The notes: a model not told the origin generated them from the letters alone. Counted from the stretch's first letter, positions 31,477 through 46,463 are shown. The stretch: 64,000 nt of DNA from Escherichia coli (GCF_016903815.1 NZ_CP069974.1); one strand, 5' to 3'. A program made the numbers and translations.

Positions 31477-33435
31477 TCAGGCGGCATCAGCCAGGTTATC
31501 GGTGCGTTCAGTGGTATCCGTCTGTGGATGTGGTGCACACATCCAGCCAGGCACCCAGCAGTTGTCTTTCATATGGTGCTCTGCATGTTCAGCCGCATCA
31601 CCTTTCTTCATCTTCTCTGCATCCCGTGCAGCACCGGACAGTCCTGCCTCATTCAGGGCTGCGATAATCTGCGGCTTTTTCAGGTGTCCGAAGAAGTTTG
31701 CTTTTGTCGGCTGCCACCAGTCGCGCATGTGGAATCCGATAGCGGTTTCCAGCGAGTCAAGCGGACTGCGTGACGTGTGACCACACTCACGGGTCTGGAC
31801 ACCGTTAAGGCTGCATGCGGTGCAGAAACTGAGCAGGGACAACAGCACCTCCTGACTGAGTGACAGGAATGTCGTCATGTCTCGTGACCATCCCTCCGGT
31901 AACAGGGCAGCAAGACGGGCTTTTTCTGCCATCAGCGCCATGAATGCGACACCTTCCTTCCCTGACGGCGCATCGCTGGTCAGCGAATAATGTTTACATT
32001 CCAGGCTGATTTGTGCCGGTTTACTGTACGCTCCGCTGCCAAACACATTCAGGCAGAGCGTCCATGCCAGCAGTGCCAGAGATTTGTCCGGTTGCTGCAT
32101 AAGCGCCGCCTGGACTGCCAGCGTGCGTTCGGAAGACATTTTCGTCAGCAGTGGCAGACTGATTCCCCCCACTGACGCTTTCTCCTGCACCTGTTCCGTG
32201 CGGTCAGCGTCGTCAGCCACGTCATCCTCACTGCGCAACTGCACACCTCGCTGGACACACACGTTGCCATAACGCCAGGACACCACCACTCCACCTCCGG
32301 CACGCATCTCCGGCGTCCACGCTCTGACCTTCGCCATGCAGCGCATCAGCTTCATTTCTGCTTCCAGCAGGTCAGATTCCTCACACTGGTTTTCCAGCGC
32401 GTCGTAACGCGTCATCAGTTCGTTCAGACGTTCTTCTTCCGCCTCCGTCAGCACCGCTTCCGGCTCCGGCAGACAGCGGTATGTTCCGGCATCCTCACGG
32501 CACTCACCTACAGGCTCCATGCGTCCGGCACACCATCCCCAGCCTTCGGCTTCCCGAAGGAACTCTGCGACAGCCTGGAGTTTTTCCAGCAGGGCGGCAT
32601 CGAGCGCCACGCAGTCCACATAGCCACCCTCGTCGTCGCTGAACAAATCGGTGCGCAGTTCGTCTGGCGAGAAGGCATCAGCCCCCACGAAGCGGAATTT
32701 ACTGTTCCCAGCCACCGCCACTTCACTTTCGGTAATCAGGTTGCGGATAACCCGCACATCCGGTTTACCGCCCCATCCTGACTGGCAGGCGGCTTCAAAC
32801 ACCTGCACCTGACGCGCGGTGTCGTTCTCCAGCGCCAGCGCCTGACAGTGTTCGGTGGTGATGCGGTCTTCTGCCAGCGCATCAAGGATGACGGGTGCAA
32901 GGTCTGCCAGTTTCAGCATTCGCTGGACGTGGCGGGGTGAATAGCCCAGCAGGTCGCCAGTCTGCGCAGGTGTTTTGCCTTCCTGCGCCATTGCGCGGAA
33001 TCCGGCAATCTGTTCGGCAGGGTGCATATCCCGACGATGACCGTTTTCAGTCATTGATGCGGCAGTCGCCAGTTCCTGCAGAATAACCTTCACGCGTACA
33101 GGCCAGTCAGCCGGAAGGATGTTGCGCTCTGCCAGCATGTTGAGTGCAGCCAGTCGGCGACCACCTGCGGCGACACCGTAACGGTCACCAGGCAGGGTAT
33201 GCACGACCAGATTCTGCAACAGGCCAACGCCCTTAATGGACTCAGCCAGTTCGCTGACGGACTCCACAGAATACGGCACCGTGCGCACATTCAGCGGTGA
33301 TTTAATCAGTGAGGCCAGCGGCACGCTCACTTCCTCCGTCTGCGCCAGCAGGGCAGACAGGACTGTTTCCTGCGTTTTTGCAGGTTTACGGCTGGATTTA
33401 CGCTCCGTTTTTGCCTTAGACTCTGTAACTGACAT
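31477..33435 (-). CDS. ParB-like nuclease-domain protein of the leading region
   Basis: ORF 31477..33495; probable start MSVTESKAKTE...; ParB/Srx N-terminal domain. Confidence 0.75.
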   Translation of the reverse strand: MSVTESKAKTERKSSRKPAKTQETVLSALLAQTEEVSVPLASLIKSPLNVRTVPYSVESVSELAESIKGVGLLQNLVVHTLPGDRYGVAAGGRRLAALNMLAERNILPADWPVRVKVILQELATAASMTENGHRRDMHPAEQIAGFRAMAQEGKTPAQTGDLLGYSPRHVQRMLKLADLAPVILDALAEDRITTEHCQALALENDTARQVQVFEAACQSGWGGKPDVRVIRNLITESEVAVAGNSKFRFVGADAFSPDELRTDLFSDDEGGYVDCVALDAALLEKLQAVAEFLREAEGWGWCAGRMEPVGECREDAGTYRCLPEPEAVLTEAEEERLNELMTRYDALENQCEESDLLEAEMKLMRCMAKVRAWTPEMRAGGGVVVSWRYGNVCVQRGVQLRSEDDVADDADRTEQVQEKASVGGISLPLLTKMSSERTLAVQAALMQQPDKSLALLAWTLCLNVFGSGAYSKPAQISLECKHYSLTSDAPSGKEGVAFMALMAEKARLAALLPEGWSRDMTTFLSLSQEVLLSLLSFCTACSLNGVQTRECGHTSRSPLDSLETAIGFHMRDWWQPTKANFFGHLKKPQIIAALNEAGLSGAARDAEKMKKGDAAEHAEHHMKDNCWVPGWMCAPHPQTDTTERTDNLADAA

Positions 33436-33500
33436 AGTTAGTACCTCCCAAAACGGTAATAATGATTGTCTGCCGGACGTGTCCCCGTCCGGCACCTCTC

Positions 33501-36997
<3,497 letters not shown>

Positions 36998-37039
36998 GAT
37001 GTGCCTCCTTCTGTTGATGTTTTCAGCCCCCATCATCTT

Positions 37040-39991
37040 TTGAGTTTCGGGAGCCGCGGTTTTGACGTTTTGCGGGGACCTGCCTTTTGTTCCCTCCGGT
37101 ATTCACCATCACCTTTTTGAGAACCTTCGCCGCATGGGGCATCACTGCCACGGACGGAAACGACTGTCCGGGGGCAGACCGCAAAAGTTTTTGCCTGCTT
37201 CTGGGCAAAAAGTTTTGCGGGATGTGCATTTCACCCCTGGACTGGCGGAGACGGTTGTGGCTGTCTTTGCCCCCGGCGACAGGGGCTTAAACAGGTGAAT
37301 GGCACCGGACAGAACAACGGGCAGGGACCCGCCGCAACGACGTGAAGCGCGGTTTGCGAAACGGCGTTGCCCCTTACATCCCGGCGGTCTTTTGCCGGGA
37401 TGCCAGGAGCGCAGGCCACGGCGCGACAGAGGCGGCGCGACCGGAACGGTCGCTGCAAGCCAGGGGTTTTCACGCATCGGACCGTAGCGACAGCCCGAAA
37501 CCGCGCCAGCGGGTTCGGCGGAGACTGGCAGGTGCGCCAGCAGCTGCCTGTCGGAGTCGGGCCTGACGACCGGATGCCGCCAGGCAGCCGGGAGCCGAAG
37601 GTGCGCGTGCGACAGGAAGTCGCTTAACGTATTGTTTTACATTGATAAAACCAGCTATCCCATTAGCTGTAGCCTACCGGGACAGGCGTTGCCGGCAACG
37701 GCGGGGTCTGAAGCTCCCGGGACAACGAGAGCCGGGCGTCAGCCCGGGTAATGCCCCGTGAGGGGCTTTACCTTGCTGCAAGCATCATGCGGCAGGAGAG
37801 CAAGGCTGGTCAGAAGGGTTAACACATGTGAACTGTTGATAAACACCGTTATCGGCAACAGGCCAAAGATGCTGACAGGCCTGAACCAAAAGGTACGGGG
37901 TCCGGTTGCTACCTCGCGCACAGGGAGCACATGGGCGCAGAGACCCCCGGTGAAGAGACAGAACCCGCCCTGACCCTCTGTATGTTAAGCGGAACCTGGT
38001 AAACCCGTATCGCTGCCTCACAGGCAGGTGAACCGCAAGGAACACTGTTAGCGGTGCGGGCATAGGAGGACGGAAAAAGCGAATGCCCGGCTGTAATAAC
38101 CGGGATACGGGGCAGGTTCCCCGACGCGAAAGCGGGCAGACTTCCGTCTGGTCTTTAATTGCATGAAAAGCTGTAAAGCAGTCAAAAGGATATCAGCGAG
38201 ATGAATACACACATCAGTGTGTCCACGATACCCCACCCGACAGGCTGGCACACCATAAACTGGAAAGCATGCCATGCCCGGGTGCGAAAGCTACAGTTAC
38301 GGATTGCAAAGGCAACCCGACAGCAACAATGGCGGCAGGTCAGAGAACTACAGCGCATCCTCACCCGCTCATTCTCCGGCAAAGCCGTGGCTGTCAGGCG
38401 TGTAACTGAAAATACCGGTAAAAGGACACCCGGTATTGACGGAAAAATATGGCACACACCGAAGGAGAAATGGGAAGGAATATGCAGCCTGAATCTGTGT
38501 GGTTACAGGCCACAGCCACTACGGCGAATACATATCCCAAAATCAAACGGCAAAACGCGACCGCTGGGCATACCCACAATGAGGGACCGGGCCATGCAGG
38601 CACTGTGGCTGCTGGCTCTGGAACCCGTATCCGAGACCACTGCTGACCATAACAGCTATGGTTTCAGACCAATGCGCAGCACGCATGACGCCATTGAGTC
38701 CATTTTTCTGCGGATGAGCCAGAAAGTATCGCCCAAATGGATACTGGAGGGCGATATTAAAGGGTGCTTCGATAACATCAGCCATGACTGGCTGCTTTCC
38801 CATATTCCGATGGACAGGAGACTGCTTAAAAAATGGTTGAAAGCAGGTTACATGGAAAGAGGCGTGTTTAACCATACGAACAGCGGGACACCGCAGGGAG
38901 GCATCATATCCCCTGTTCTCGCCAACATGGCTCTGGACGGACTGGAGAAGGAACTGATGCAAACGTTCAGGAAAAGTGGTTATCACAGTGCAAAGCACCA
39001 GGTGAATTATGTGAGATATGCTGATGATTTCATCTGTTCAGGCAGCTCCCGTGAATTGCTGGAAAATGAGGTCAGACCACTGATTGCAGCTTTCATGCGC
39101 GAACGAGGGCTGGAACTGTCGGAAGAAAAAACAGCGATCACACATATAGATAAAGGCTTCGACTTTTTAGGGCAGAACGTCAGGAAGTACAACGGTAAAA
39201 TGCTGATTAAACCGTCGAAGAAAAACCTGAAGAACTTCCTCTGTAAAGTCAGAGAAATAATTAAACGCAATCCGACGCTCCCGGCATGGAAACTGATAGG
39301 CCAGCTAAACCCGGTGATCCGGGGATGGGCTACCTATCACCGACACGTCGTGGCGAAAGAAACATTTAATTATGTCGACACCCAAATCTGGCGAGCTATA
39401 TGGCGATGGTGTGTAAGACGGCATCCCCGGAAAGGATTGCGGTGGATCGCCGGACGATACTTCTCCTTTGAAGGCAGGCGCTGGATCTTTAAAGCCATAA
39501 CCCCGGAAGGGAAAATTCTGACACTCTTCCGGGCAATGGAAACACCGATAAAGCGCCATATAAAAATCAAAGGCGAAGCAACACCATACACCCCCGGAAT
39601 GGAAATCTACTTTGAACGTCGTCTGGATCTAATCTGGAAAGGCAAATCAAAGAAGATGAAGACAGTAGTTCAACTCTGGAAGAGGCAGGGGAAACACTGT
39701 CCGCAGTGCGGACAACTCATAACCAACCAGACCGGATGGAATATACATCACCGGATCAGGAAAGTTATGGGCGGCAGTGACGAACTGACCAATCTCGAGT
39801 TGTTACATCCGAACTGCCACCGACAGTTACACAGCAGGGAAGCCGGTGCTCACCGAAAGCACTTATAAAGGCTTGAGCGGAGTGCGGGGAAACTCGCACG
39901 CTCCGTTCTTAGGGGGCGGCGGCGCAGCAATGTGCCGCTGCTACCCGACCCGGCAGACAGGACAACACTGCAGTAGTCAGAATCAGAGCAG
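37040..39991 (+). mobile_element. Group II intron, copy B (identical protein to copy A)
   Basis: Same offsets as copy A (+11785); immediately upstream of and divergent from ssb. Confidence 0.75.
38201..39868 (+). CDS. Group II intron RT/maturase/HNH (copy B)
   Basis: 555 aa, identical to copy A. Confidence 0.9.
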   Translation: MNTHISVSTIPHPTGWHTINWKACHARVRKLQLRIAKATRQQQWRQVRELQRILTRSFSGKAVAVRRVTENTGKRTPGIDGKIWHTPKEKWEGICSLNLCGYRPQPLRRIHIPKSNGKTRPLGIPTMRDRAMQALWLLALEPVSETTADHNSYGFRPMRSTHDAIESIFLRMSQKVSPKWILEGDIKGCFDNISHDWLLSHIPMDRRLLKKWLKAGYMERGVFNHTNSGTPQGGIISPVLANMALDGLEKELMQTFRKSGYHSAKHQVNYVRYADDFICSGSSRELLENEVRPLIAAFMRERGLELSEEKTAITHIDKGFDFLGQNVRKYNGKMLIKPSKKNLKNFLCKVREIIKRNPTLPAWKLIGQLNPVIRGWATYHRHVVAKETFNYVDTQIWRAIWRWCVRRHPRKGLRWIAGRYFSFEGRRWIFKAITPEGKILTLFRAMETPIKRHIKIKGEATPYTPGMEIYFERRLDLIWKGKSKKMKTVVQLWKRQGKHCPQCGQLITNQTGWNIHHRIRKVMGGSDELTNLELLHPNCHRQLHSREAGAHRKHL

Positions 39992-40006
39992 CAGGAAAAA
40001 GAAGAA

Positions 40007-40045
40007 CAGTAGCAGTAGCAGTAGCAGTAGCAGTAGCAGTAGCAG
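40007..40045. repeat. Hexanucleotide microsatellite (CAGTAG)6 plus partial unit
   Basis: Perfect tandem units at 40007-40042; absent from the equivalent flank of intron copies A and C. Confidence 0.9.
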
Positions 40046-40220
40046 GAACAACAACATCAGTAACAGACAAATGACAGGCATGAAGAAACAGAAGCCCCCA
40101 TCAGAACGTCCGCGTAATGAAAGGGGCGGCGCGTGAGCGCGGCCCCTTTCAGCGCCACCGGCGCGCGTTTTTTCCCGGCGCGGGCAGACAGGCATTTATC
40201 CTCCCGCCGGCCCTGTGTCA

Positions 40221-40784
40221 TCAGGCACGCAGACGAATAATCATCGTCGGGACATCGGTATAAGCAAACGTGCCGCGCGGCAGCTCCTCGCGGACGTCAG
40301 AAAACGGTAACAGCTTCTCCTGCTGGCGTGGTCCGTTGAGACAGACGGCGACCAGCACGCCACCCGGACGCAACAGGGAAAAGGCCCGCAGGATATGCCG
40401 GATATCCTGCCCGTGGCTGAACGGCGGATTCATGATAACCCGGCTGTAATACTGCACCGGCAGCCATTCCATGAAGTCGCCACACTGAACCCTGACACCG
40501 TTAAAATTTTCCCGCAGATACCGGACCAGCCCGCTGTTGATTTCCACCGCATCACACATGGCCCCCGGCGCGGTATCCCGAATCGCCCGCAGTATGGCCC
40601 CGGTGCCGGCAGAGGGTTCCAGAATGTGATCACGGTTGCTGATCTCCGCCAGCATCACCAGGCGATCACAGACCGGGGCAGGAGTCACAAAAAGCTGAGA
40701 TTCAGCCCGGATTTCAGCAACCGGCGCGGCGTTATCCAGCCTTGCGCGCATCAGCCGGATACGTTCTCTTAACTGACTGTGCAT
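40221..40784 (-). CDS. SAM-dependent methyltransferase (amino-methyltransferase motifs EPSAGTG and NPPF); probable orphan DNA methyltransferase
   Basis: 187-aa ORF with motif I and motif IV. Confidence 0.7.
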   Translation of the reverse strand: MHSQLRERIRLMRARLDNAAPVAEIRAESQLFVTPAPVCDRLVMLAEISNRDHILEPSAGTGAILRAIRDTAPGAMCDAVEINSGLVRYLRENFNGVRVQCGDFMEWLPVQYYSRVIMNPPFSHGQDIRHILRAFSLLRPGGVLVAVCLNGPRQQEKLLPFSDVREELPRGTFAYTDVPTMIIRLRA

Positions 40785-40831
40785 ATCATTATCTCCGTCA
40801 TCCCCCGGGGATTTTCCCGGGGGGATATACC

Positions 40832-42193
40832 TTATTTCTGTGGGATTTCCGTGATTTTCATGTCGGAGATATACACATTCACCAGGCGGAAATTATTGTC
40901 CATTGTGCGGCGGTACCGGTATGCCCCGTGGTCTTCTGCTTCTGCCACACTGCGCACGGCCTTACAGTCCCGGGGCAGGGCGGCCCACTGTGCCTTTGTC
41001 ATTTCCCGGAAACCTTCCCCCGGATAGTTGACTACCGGCGGACGCTTCGCGGCCTGACTGGCGACGGCAGCCTCTTCTGCCGATGGTGCTTTGTAGTCCG
41101 TGATGCGATCGGGCGTCACTTTCATCGTGCCGCTGTACCCGAGAAAACTGTAATTTGGCGTTGTGACTGAACTCACCGCCCCGTTGCTTTTGTTCACACG
41201 GATGATGGTCAGCCACTCGCCCCGGCTGAAAACCTGTCCGCCCGGCTCAAAATCCTGTGTCCGGGTAACCACGCCGCCGCTTTCGTCCAGCATGGCACGC
41301 TCATAGATCAGGCGGTTCTGATAGTGGTTAACCCAGCGTTGTTGATGCTGAATCTGCCGTTCATGACAGCGGATCGCAATTTCGCGGGCCTGCTCCGTGG
41401 TGATGATGTCATCATCCAGGGCCGACCATAACGATCGACTTCCTTCATACTGGCTTTTTTCTGCCGGGCGCGGATACGTATCCAGCGGGAAACAGGCGCT
41501 GATATGGTCATGACTGCTGATGAGTTTTGCCATATTCAGATCCAGCGATTCAGCCCGCCACATCGTCAGATATTTCTGCGACTGCGCGATGGTCTTTTCA
41601 GCCTTGCGCAAATCAGCTTCGATTTTTTTGATACGACGCCAGCGAACGTCCGGACGTTCTTTATACTTCGCGTGAAGCAGTGCCGACCGCGCCCGCTCTT
41701 CCCAGTATTCCGCACGTTCAAAGAGCATCACGGCTCGTTTCATGCCGTTTTCAATACGCTGCGCATCACGACGGGCGCGGCGTTCGCTGTGATGCCCCAC
41801 AAGAATGGGCTGACCGGGCGGGATCATCGCGGCCAGTCTTTCCACTTCATCAAGTGCCTGTGCGGATTCACTGGCCCGCTTTCCGCTGTATCCGGTAAAC
41901 CGCTCCGCCCGTGCTTCCTGACGTTCAGCGAGCGTGCTGTCTTCATCCTCAATCTCTCCGGCAAGTGAGAGGAGCACGTCTTCCCGGCCCGGTGTCCAGG
42001 CTGGCGCGACAAACAGCGCCTGTTTTGGTGCCCAGCGGAAACCGGCATCATGCACTTTTTTATACGTCTCCGGGTCAAGACGTGACACGGCATACAGGCG
42101 CAGTTTGTTGTCATCCGGTGAGTAGGTCGCGCGGTACATCTGCACAGGGCTGGCGGCTTCCGGGGCGGTCATGGTGATTGCTGCTAATGTCAT
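40832..42193 (-). CDS. Conserved leading-region protein of unknown function (453 aa)
   Basis: Long ORF with good coding character; family not verified. Confidence 0.6.
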   Translation of the reverse strand: MTLAAITMTAPEAASPVQMYRATYSPDDNKLRLYAVSRLDPETYKKVHDAGFRWAPKQALFVAPAWTPGREDVLLSLAGEIEDEDSTLAERQEARAERFTGYSGKRASESAQALDEVERLAAMIPPGQPILVGHHSERRARRDAQRIENGMKRAVMLFERAEYWEERARSALLHAKYKERPDVRWRRIKKIEADLRKAEKTIAQSQKYLTMWRAESLDLNMAKLISSHDHISACFPLDTYPRPAEKSQYEGSRSLWSALDDDIITTEQAREIAIRCHERQIQHQQRWVNHYQNRLIYERAMLDESGGVVTRTQDFEPGGQVFSRGEWLTIIRVNKSNGAVSSVTTPNYSFLGYSGTMKVTPDRITDYKAPSAEEAAVASQAAKRPPVVNYPGEGFREMTKAQWAALPRDCKAVRSVAEAEDHGAYRYRRTMDNNFRLVNVYISDMKITEIPQK

Positions 42194-42244
42194 AAAATGT
42201 TCTCCTTCCGTCTGTTGCCGCCCCTCGCGGGGCGGCTCACCTCA

Positions 42245-42475
42245 TCAGTTAAAAGCGCGTTTCAGTTCGAGTGTGCGGAGCACCTGCCCGAAGGCCGTGT
42301 TTTTCATGGCGGGGATGTGTACACCACGCCCCCGGTGAAAACTCCGGGCAATGTGTCGCCCGAAGGCTTTCAGCACGGGGTCAATTTCCGGCGCGGGGAT
42401 GTCTTCGCGTCTGAAACGGGGATGACGGCGGGGCTTTACAGCCGCTGCGGAAGGTGAAACAATACTTACTGTCAT
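42245..42475 (-). CDS. Small hypothetical protein
   Basis: 76-aa ORF upstream of the 453-aa gene. Confidence 0.3.
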   Translation of the reverse strand: MTVSIVSPSAAAVKPRRHPRFRREDIPAPEIDPVLKAFGRHIARSFHRGRGVHIPAMKNTAFGQVLRTLELKRAFN

Positions 42476-42713
42476 AATTTAGCCTCTTATGACGTTAATT
42501 AATGAAACCGTAAAGACTGTTCGTGCAGTCTCTGCGGTGTGGATTAAGCAGGTCCCTGACCTGCTTTTTTCATATCTGCGTCTGACGTTCTCCGGTGTTT
42601 TCCTCCTTCTGTTCCTGCGTTCTCATTACCTGCCAGCCGGATGACTGACAGAACACATAAATGCGTATTGCCGGAGCCTGAAATAAATCCTGATTTTTAA
42701 AGAACATCACCCG

Positions 42714-45662
42714 TTGAGTTTCGGGAGCCGCGGTTTTGACGTTTCGCGGGAACCTGCTGCTGTATACCCTGTGGTATGAACTTCACCCGTTTGAGAACCT
42801 TCGCCGCAAGGGGCATCACTGCCACGGCCTGACGCACCTGTCCTGGGCAGAACGCAAAATTTTTTACCGGGTTTTGGGTAAAAAATTTTGTGGGCTGTTC
42901 ATTTACCCTGGACAGTCAGTGCGGCAGGTTGTGGCTGTATCAGCCCCAGGCGACAGGGACTCATACGGGTGTGTGGCACCGGCAGGCAATGAGCAGGGAC
43001 CCGCCGCAACGACGGAGAGCGCGTGCGCGAAACGGCGTTGCCCCTTACATCCCGGCGGCCTTTTGCCGGGATGCCGGGAGCGCAGGCCACGGCGCGACAA
43101 GGGTGGCGCGACCGGAACGGTCGCTGCAAGCCCGGGGTTTTCACGCATCGGACCGTAGCGACAGCCCGAAACCGCGCCAGCGGGTTCGGCGGAGACTGGC
43201 GGGTGCGCCAGCAGCTGCCTGTCGGAGTCGGGCCTGACGACCGGATGCCGCCAGGCAGCCGGGAGCCGAAGGTGCGCGTGCGACAGGAAGTCGCTTAACG
43301 TATTGTTTTACATTGATAAAACCAGCTATCCCATTAGCTGTAGCCTACCGGGACAGGCGTTGCCGGCAACGGCGGGGTCTGAAGCTCCCGGGACAACGAG
43401 AGCCGGGCGTCAGCCCGGGTAATGCCCCGTGAGGGGCTTTACCTTGCTGCAAGCATCATGCGGCAGGAGAGCAAGGCTGGTCAGAAGGGTTAACACATGT
43501 GAACTGTTGATAAACACCGTTATCGGCAACAGGCCAAAGATGCTGACAGGCCTGAACCAAAAGGTACGGGGTCCGGTTGCTACCTCGCGCACAGGGAGCA
43601 CATGGGCGCAGAGACCCCCGGTGAAGAGACAGAACCCGCCCTGACCCTCTGTATGTTAAGCGGAACCTGGTAAACCCGTATCGCTGCCTCACAGGCAGGT
43701 GAACCGCAAGGAACACTGTTAGCGGTGCGGGCATAGGAGGACGGAAAAAGCGAATGCCCGGCTGTAATAACCGGGATACGGGGCAGGTTCCCCGACGCGA
43801 AAGCGGGCAGACTTCCGTCTGGTCTTTAATTGCATGAAAAGCTGTAAAGCAGTCAAAAGGATATCAGCGAGATGAATACACACATCAGTGTGTCCACGAT
43901 ACCCCACCCGACAGGCTGGCACACCATAAACTGGAAAGCATGCCATGCCCGGGTGCGAAAGCTACAGTTACGGATTGCAAAGGCAACCCGACAGCAACAA
44001 TGGCGGCAGGTCAGAGAACTACAGCGCATCCTCACCCGCTCATTCTCCGGCAAAGCCGTGGCTGTCAGGCGTGTAACTGAAAATACCGGTAAAAGGACAC
44101 CCGGTATTGACGGAAAAATATGGCACACACCGAAGGAGAAATGGGAAGGAATATGCAGCCTGAATCTGTGTGGTTACAGGCCACAGCCACTACGGCGAAT
44201 ACATATCCCAAAATCAAACGGCAAAACGCGACCGCTGGGCATACCCACAATGAGGGACCGGGCCATGCAGGCACTGTGGCTGCTGGCTCTGGAACCCGTA
44301 TCCGAGACCACTGCTGACCATAACAGCTATGGTTTCAGACCAATGCGCAGCACGCATGACGCCATTGAGTCCATTTTTCTGCGGATGAGCCAGAAAGTAT
44401 CGCCCAAATGGATACTGGAGGGCGATATTAAAGGGTGCTTCGATAACATCAGCCATGACTGGCTGCTTTCCCATATTCCGATGGACAGGAGACTGCTTAA
44501 AAAATGGTTGAAAGCAGGTTACATGGAAAGAGGCGTGTTTAACCATACGAACAGCGGGACACCGCAGGAAGGCATCATATCCCCTGTTCTCGCCAACATG
44601 GCTCTGGACGGACTGGAGAAGGAACTGATGCAAACGTTCAGGAAAAGTGGTTATCACAGTGCAAAGCACCAGGTGAATTATGTGAGATATGCTGATGATT
44701 TCATCTGTTCAGGCAGCTCCCGTGAATTGCTGGAAAATGAGGTCAGACCACTGATTGCAGCTTTCATGCGCGAACGAGGGCTGGAACTGTCGGAAGAAAA
44801 AACAGCGATCACACATATAGATAAAGGCTTCGACTTTTTAGGGCAGAACGTCAGGAAGTACAACGGTAAAATGCTGATTAAACCGTCGAAGAAAAACCTG
44901 AAGAACTTCCTCTGTAAAGTCAGAGAAATAATTAAACGCAATCCGACGCTCCCGGCATGGAAACTGATAGGCCAGCTAAACCCGGTGATCCGGGGATGGG
45001 CTACCTATCACCGACACGTCGTGGCGAAAGAAACATTTAATTATGTCGACACCCAAATCTGGCGAGCTATATGGCGATGGTGTGTAAGACGGCATCCCCG
45101 GAAAGGATTGCGGTGGATCGCCGGACGATACTTCTCCTTTGAAGGCAGGCGCTGGATCTTTAAAGCCATAACCCCGGAAGGGAAAATTCTGACACTCTTC
45201 CGGGCAATGGAAACACCGATAAAGCGCCATATAAAAATCAAAGGCGAAGCAACACCATACACCCCCGGAATGGAAATCTACTTTGAACGTCGTCTGGATC
45301 TAATCTGGAAAGGCAAATCAAAGAAGATGAAGACAGTAGTTCAACTCTGGAAGAGGCAGGGGAAACACTGTCCGCAGTGCGGACAACTCATAACCAACCA
45401 GACCGGATGGAATATACATCACCGGATCAGGAAAGTTATGGGCGGCAGTGACGAACTGACCAATCTCGAGTTGTTACATCCGAACTGCCACCGACAGTTA
45501 CACAGCAGGGAAGCCGGTGCTCACCGAAAGCACTTATAAAGGCTTGAGCGGAGTGCGGGGAAACTCGCACGCTCCGTTCTTAGGGGGCGGCGGCGCAGCA
45601 ATGTGCCGCTGCTACCCGACCCGGCAGACAGAACAACACTGCAGTAGTCAGAATCAGAGCAG
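42714..45662 (+). mobile_element. Group II intron, copy C (diverged 5' ~330 nt, 1 aa difference in protein)
   Basis: Same architecture; protein differs Q->E in GTPQ(G/E)GIISP. Confidence 0.75.
43872..45539 (+). CDS. Group II intron RT/maturase/HNH (copy C)
   Basis: 555 aa. Confidence 0.9.
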   Translation: MNTHISVSTIPHPTGWHTINWKACHARVRKLQLRIAKATRQQQWRQVRELQRILTRSFSGKAVAVRRVTENTGKRTPGIDGKIWHTPKEKWEGICSLNLCGYRPQPLRRIHIPKSNGKTRPLGIPTMRDRAMQALWLLALEPVSETTADHNSYGFRPMRSTHDAIESIFLRMSQKVSPKWILEGDIKGCFDNISHDWLLSHIPMDRRLLKKWLKAGYMERGVFNHTNSGTPQEGIISPVLANMALDGLEKELMQTFRKSGYHSAKHQVNYVRYADDFICSGSSRELLENEVRPLIAAFMRERGLELSEEKTAITHIDKGFDFLGQNVRKYNGKMLIKPSKKNLKNFLCKVREIIKRNPTLPAWKLIGQLNPVIRGWATYHRHVVAKETFNYVDTQIWRAIWRWCVRRHPRKGLRWIAGRYFSFEGRRWIFKAITPEGKILTLFRAMETPIKRHIKIKGEATPYTPGMEIYFERRLDLIWKGKSKKMKTVVQLWKRQGKHCPQCGQLITNQTGWNIHHRIRKVMGGSDELTNLELLHPNCHRQLHSREAGAHRKHL

Positions 45663-46040
45663 CAGATAAAGGAACAACAACATCAGGAACAGTTCCATAA
45701 CATAAGAAAGAAACACTCCTGAGTCAGACACATCACAGACGGGAAGGGTAACGGGCGACGCGCCAGCGTGGCCCGCTTCCCTTCCGGCAGGCGTCAGCCT
45801 GCCAGGGGTTTTCGCGCGGACTGACAGGCGGCCTCCACCGCCTGCCCCTGTATCACCTGTTTCTGCTACCCTGTAAGATGTAGTGACCGCCCAGGAAAAC
45901 CGCCTGCTGATTCGCCACAAAATCGCAGATTTCATCAACAATCTGCGCGGTGGTGAGCGGTTTCTGCCCCATTTCACGACGCCGCGCATTAATCACGGCC
46001 CTGTAATTACGCAGAATTTCGCGGGTTTCTGTGCTGATAT

Positions 46041-46463
46041 TCATGACATCGTCTCCCCGTCCAGCGCCTGTAACACAACGTCCATTGCTTCGCGTTCCTC
46101 CCTGACGAATGCGTCACCGTCGCCCCCGTTCTCACTCCCGACGGCATACAGGCGCTTCATTTCACTGCCTGCCAGCGCCATCACTTTTTCCAGCATCACC
46201 GCCGGGACTGTCACCTGACGGCTGGCGCGCTTTTCTTCCATCAGTTCACGAACAACGCCGTGAACAACGCTGACATCCGCACCATATTCAAAGGCATCGT
46301 CCAGCCGCTGCATGACGGTTTCCAGCTCATCGTCTGTCAGACTCCAGTCCTGGGCTATGTGACGCACATCCCCACGGGTCAGCACTACGGCAAAAACGCA
46401 TTCACTGTCCGGCACGTCTGTATCCAGCACTTCGCGGATAATTTCTTTAACAGTACAGTACAT
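46041..46463 (-). CDS. Small acidic leading-region protein (paralog of 48179..48613)
   Basis: 140-aa ORF; shares ...RQVTVPA... block with the 144-aa ORF. Confidence 0.55.
   Translation of the reverse strand: MYCTVKEIIREVLDTDVPDSECVFAVVLTRGDVRHIAQDWSLTDDELETVMQRLDDAFEYGADVSVVHGVVRELMEEKRASRQVTVPAVMLEKVMALAGSEMKRLYAVGSENGGDGDAFVREEREAMDVVLQALDGETMS

Noticed and set aside
39846-40195. Poly-Ser (plus strand) and poly-Leu (minus strand) ORFs
   Set aside because: Artefacts of translating the CAGTAG microsatellite; no RBS or conserved context.
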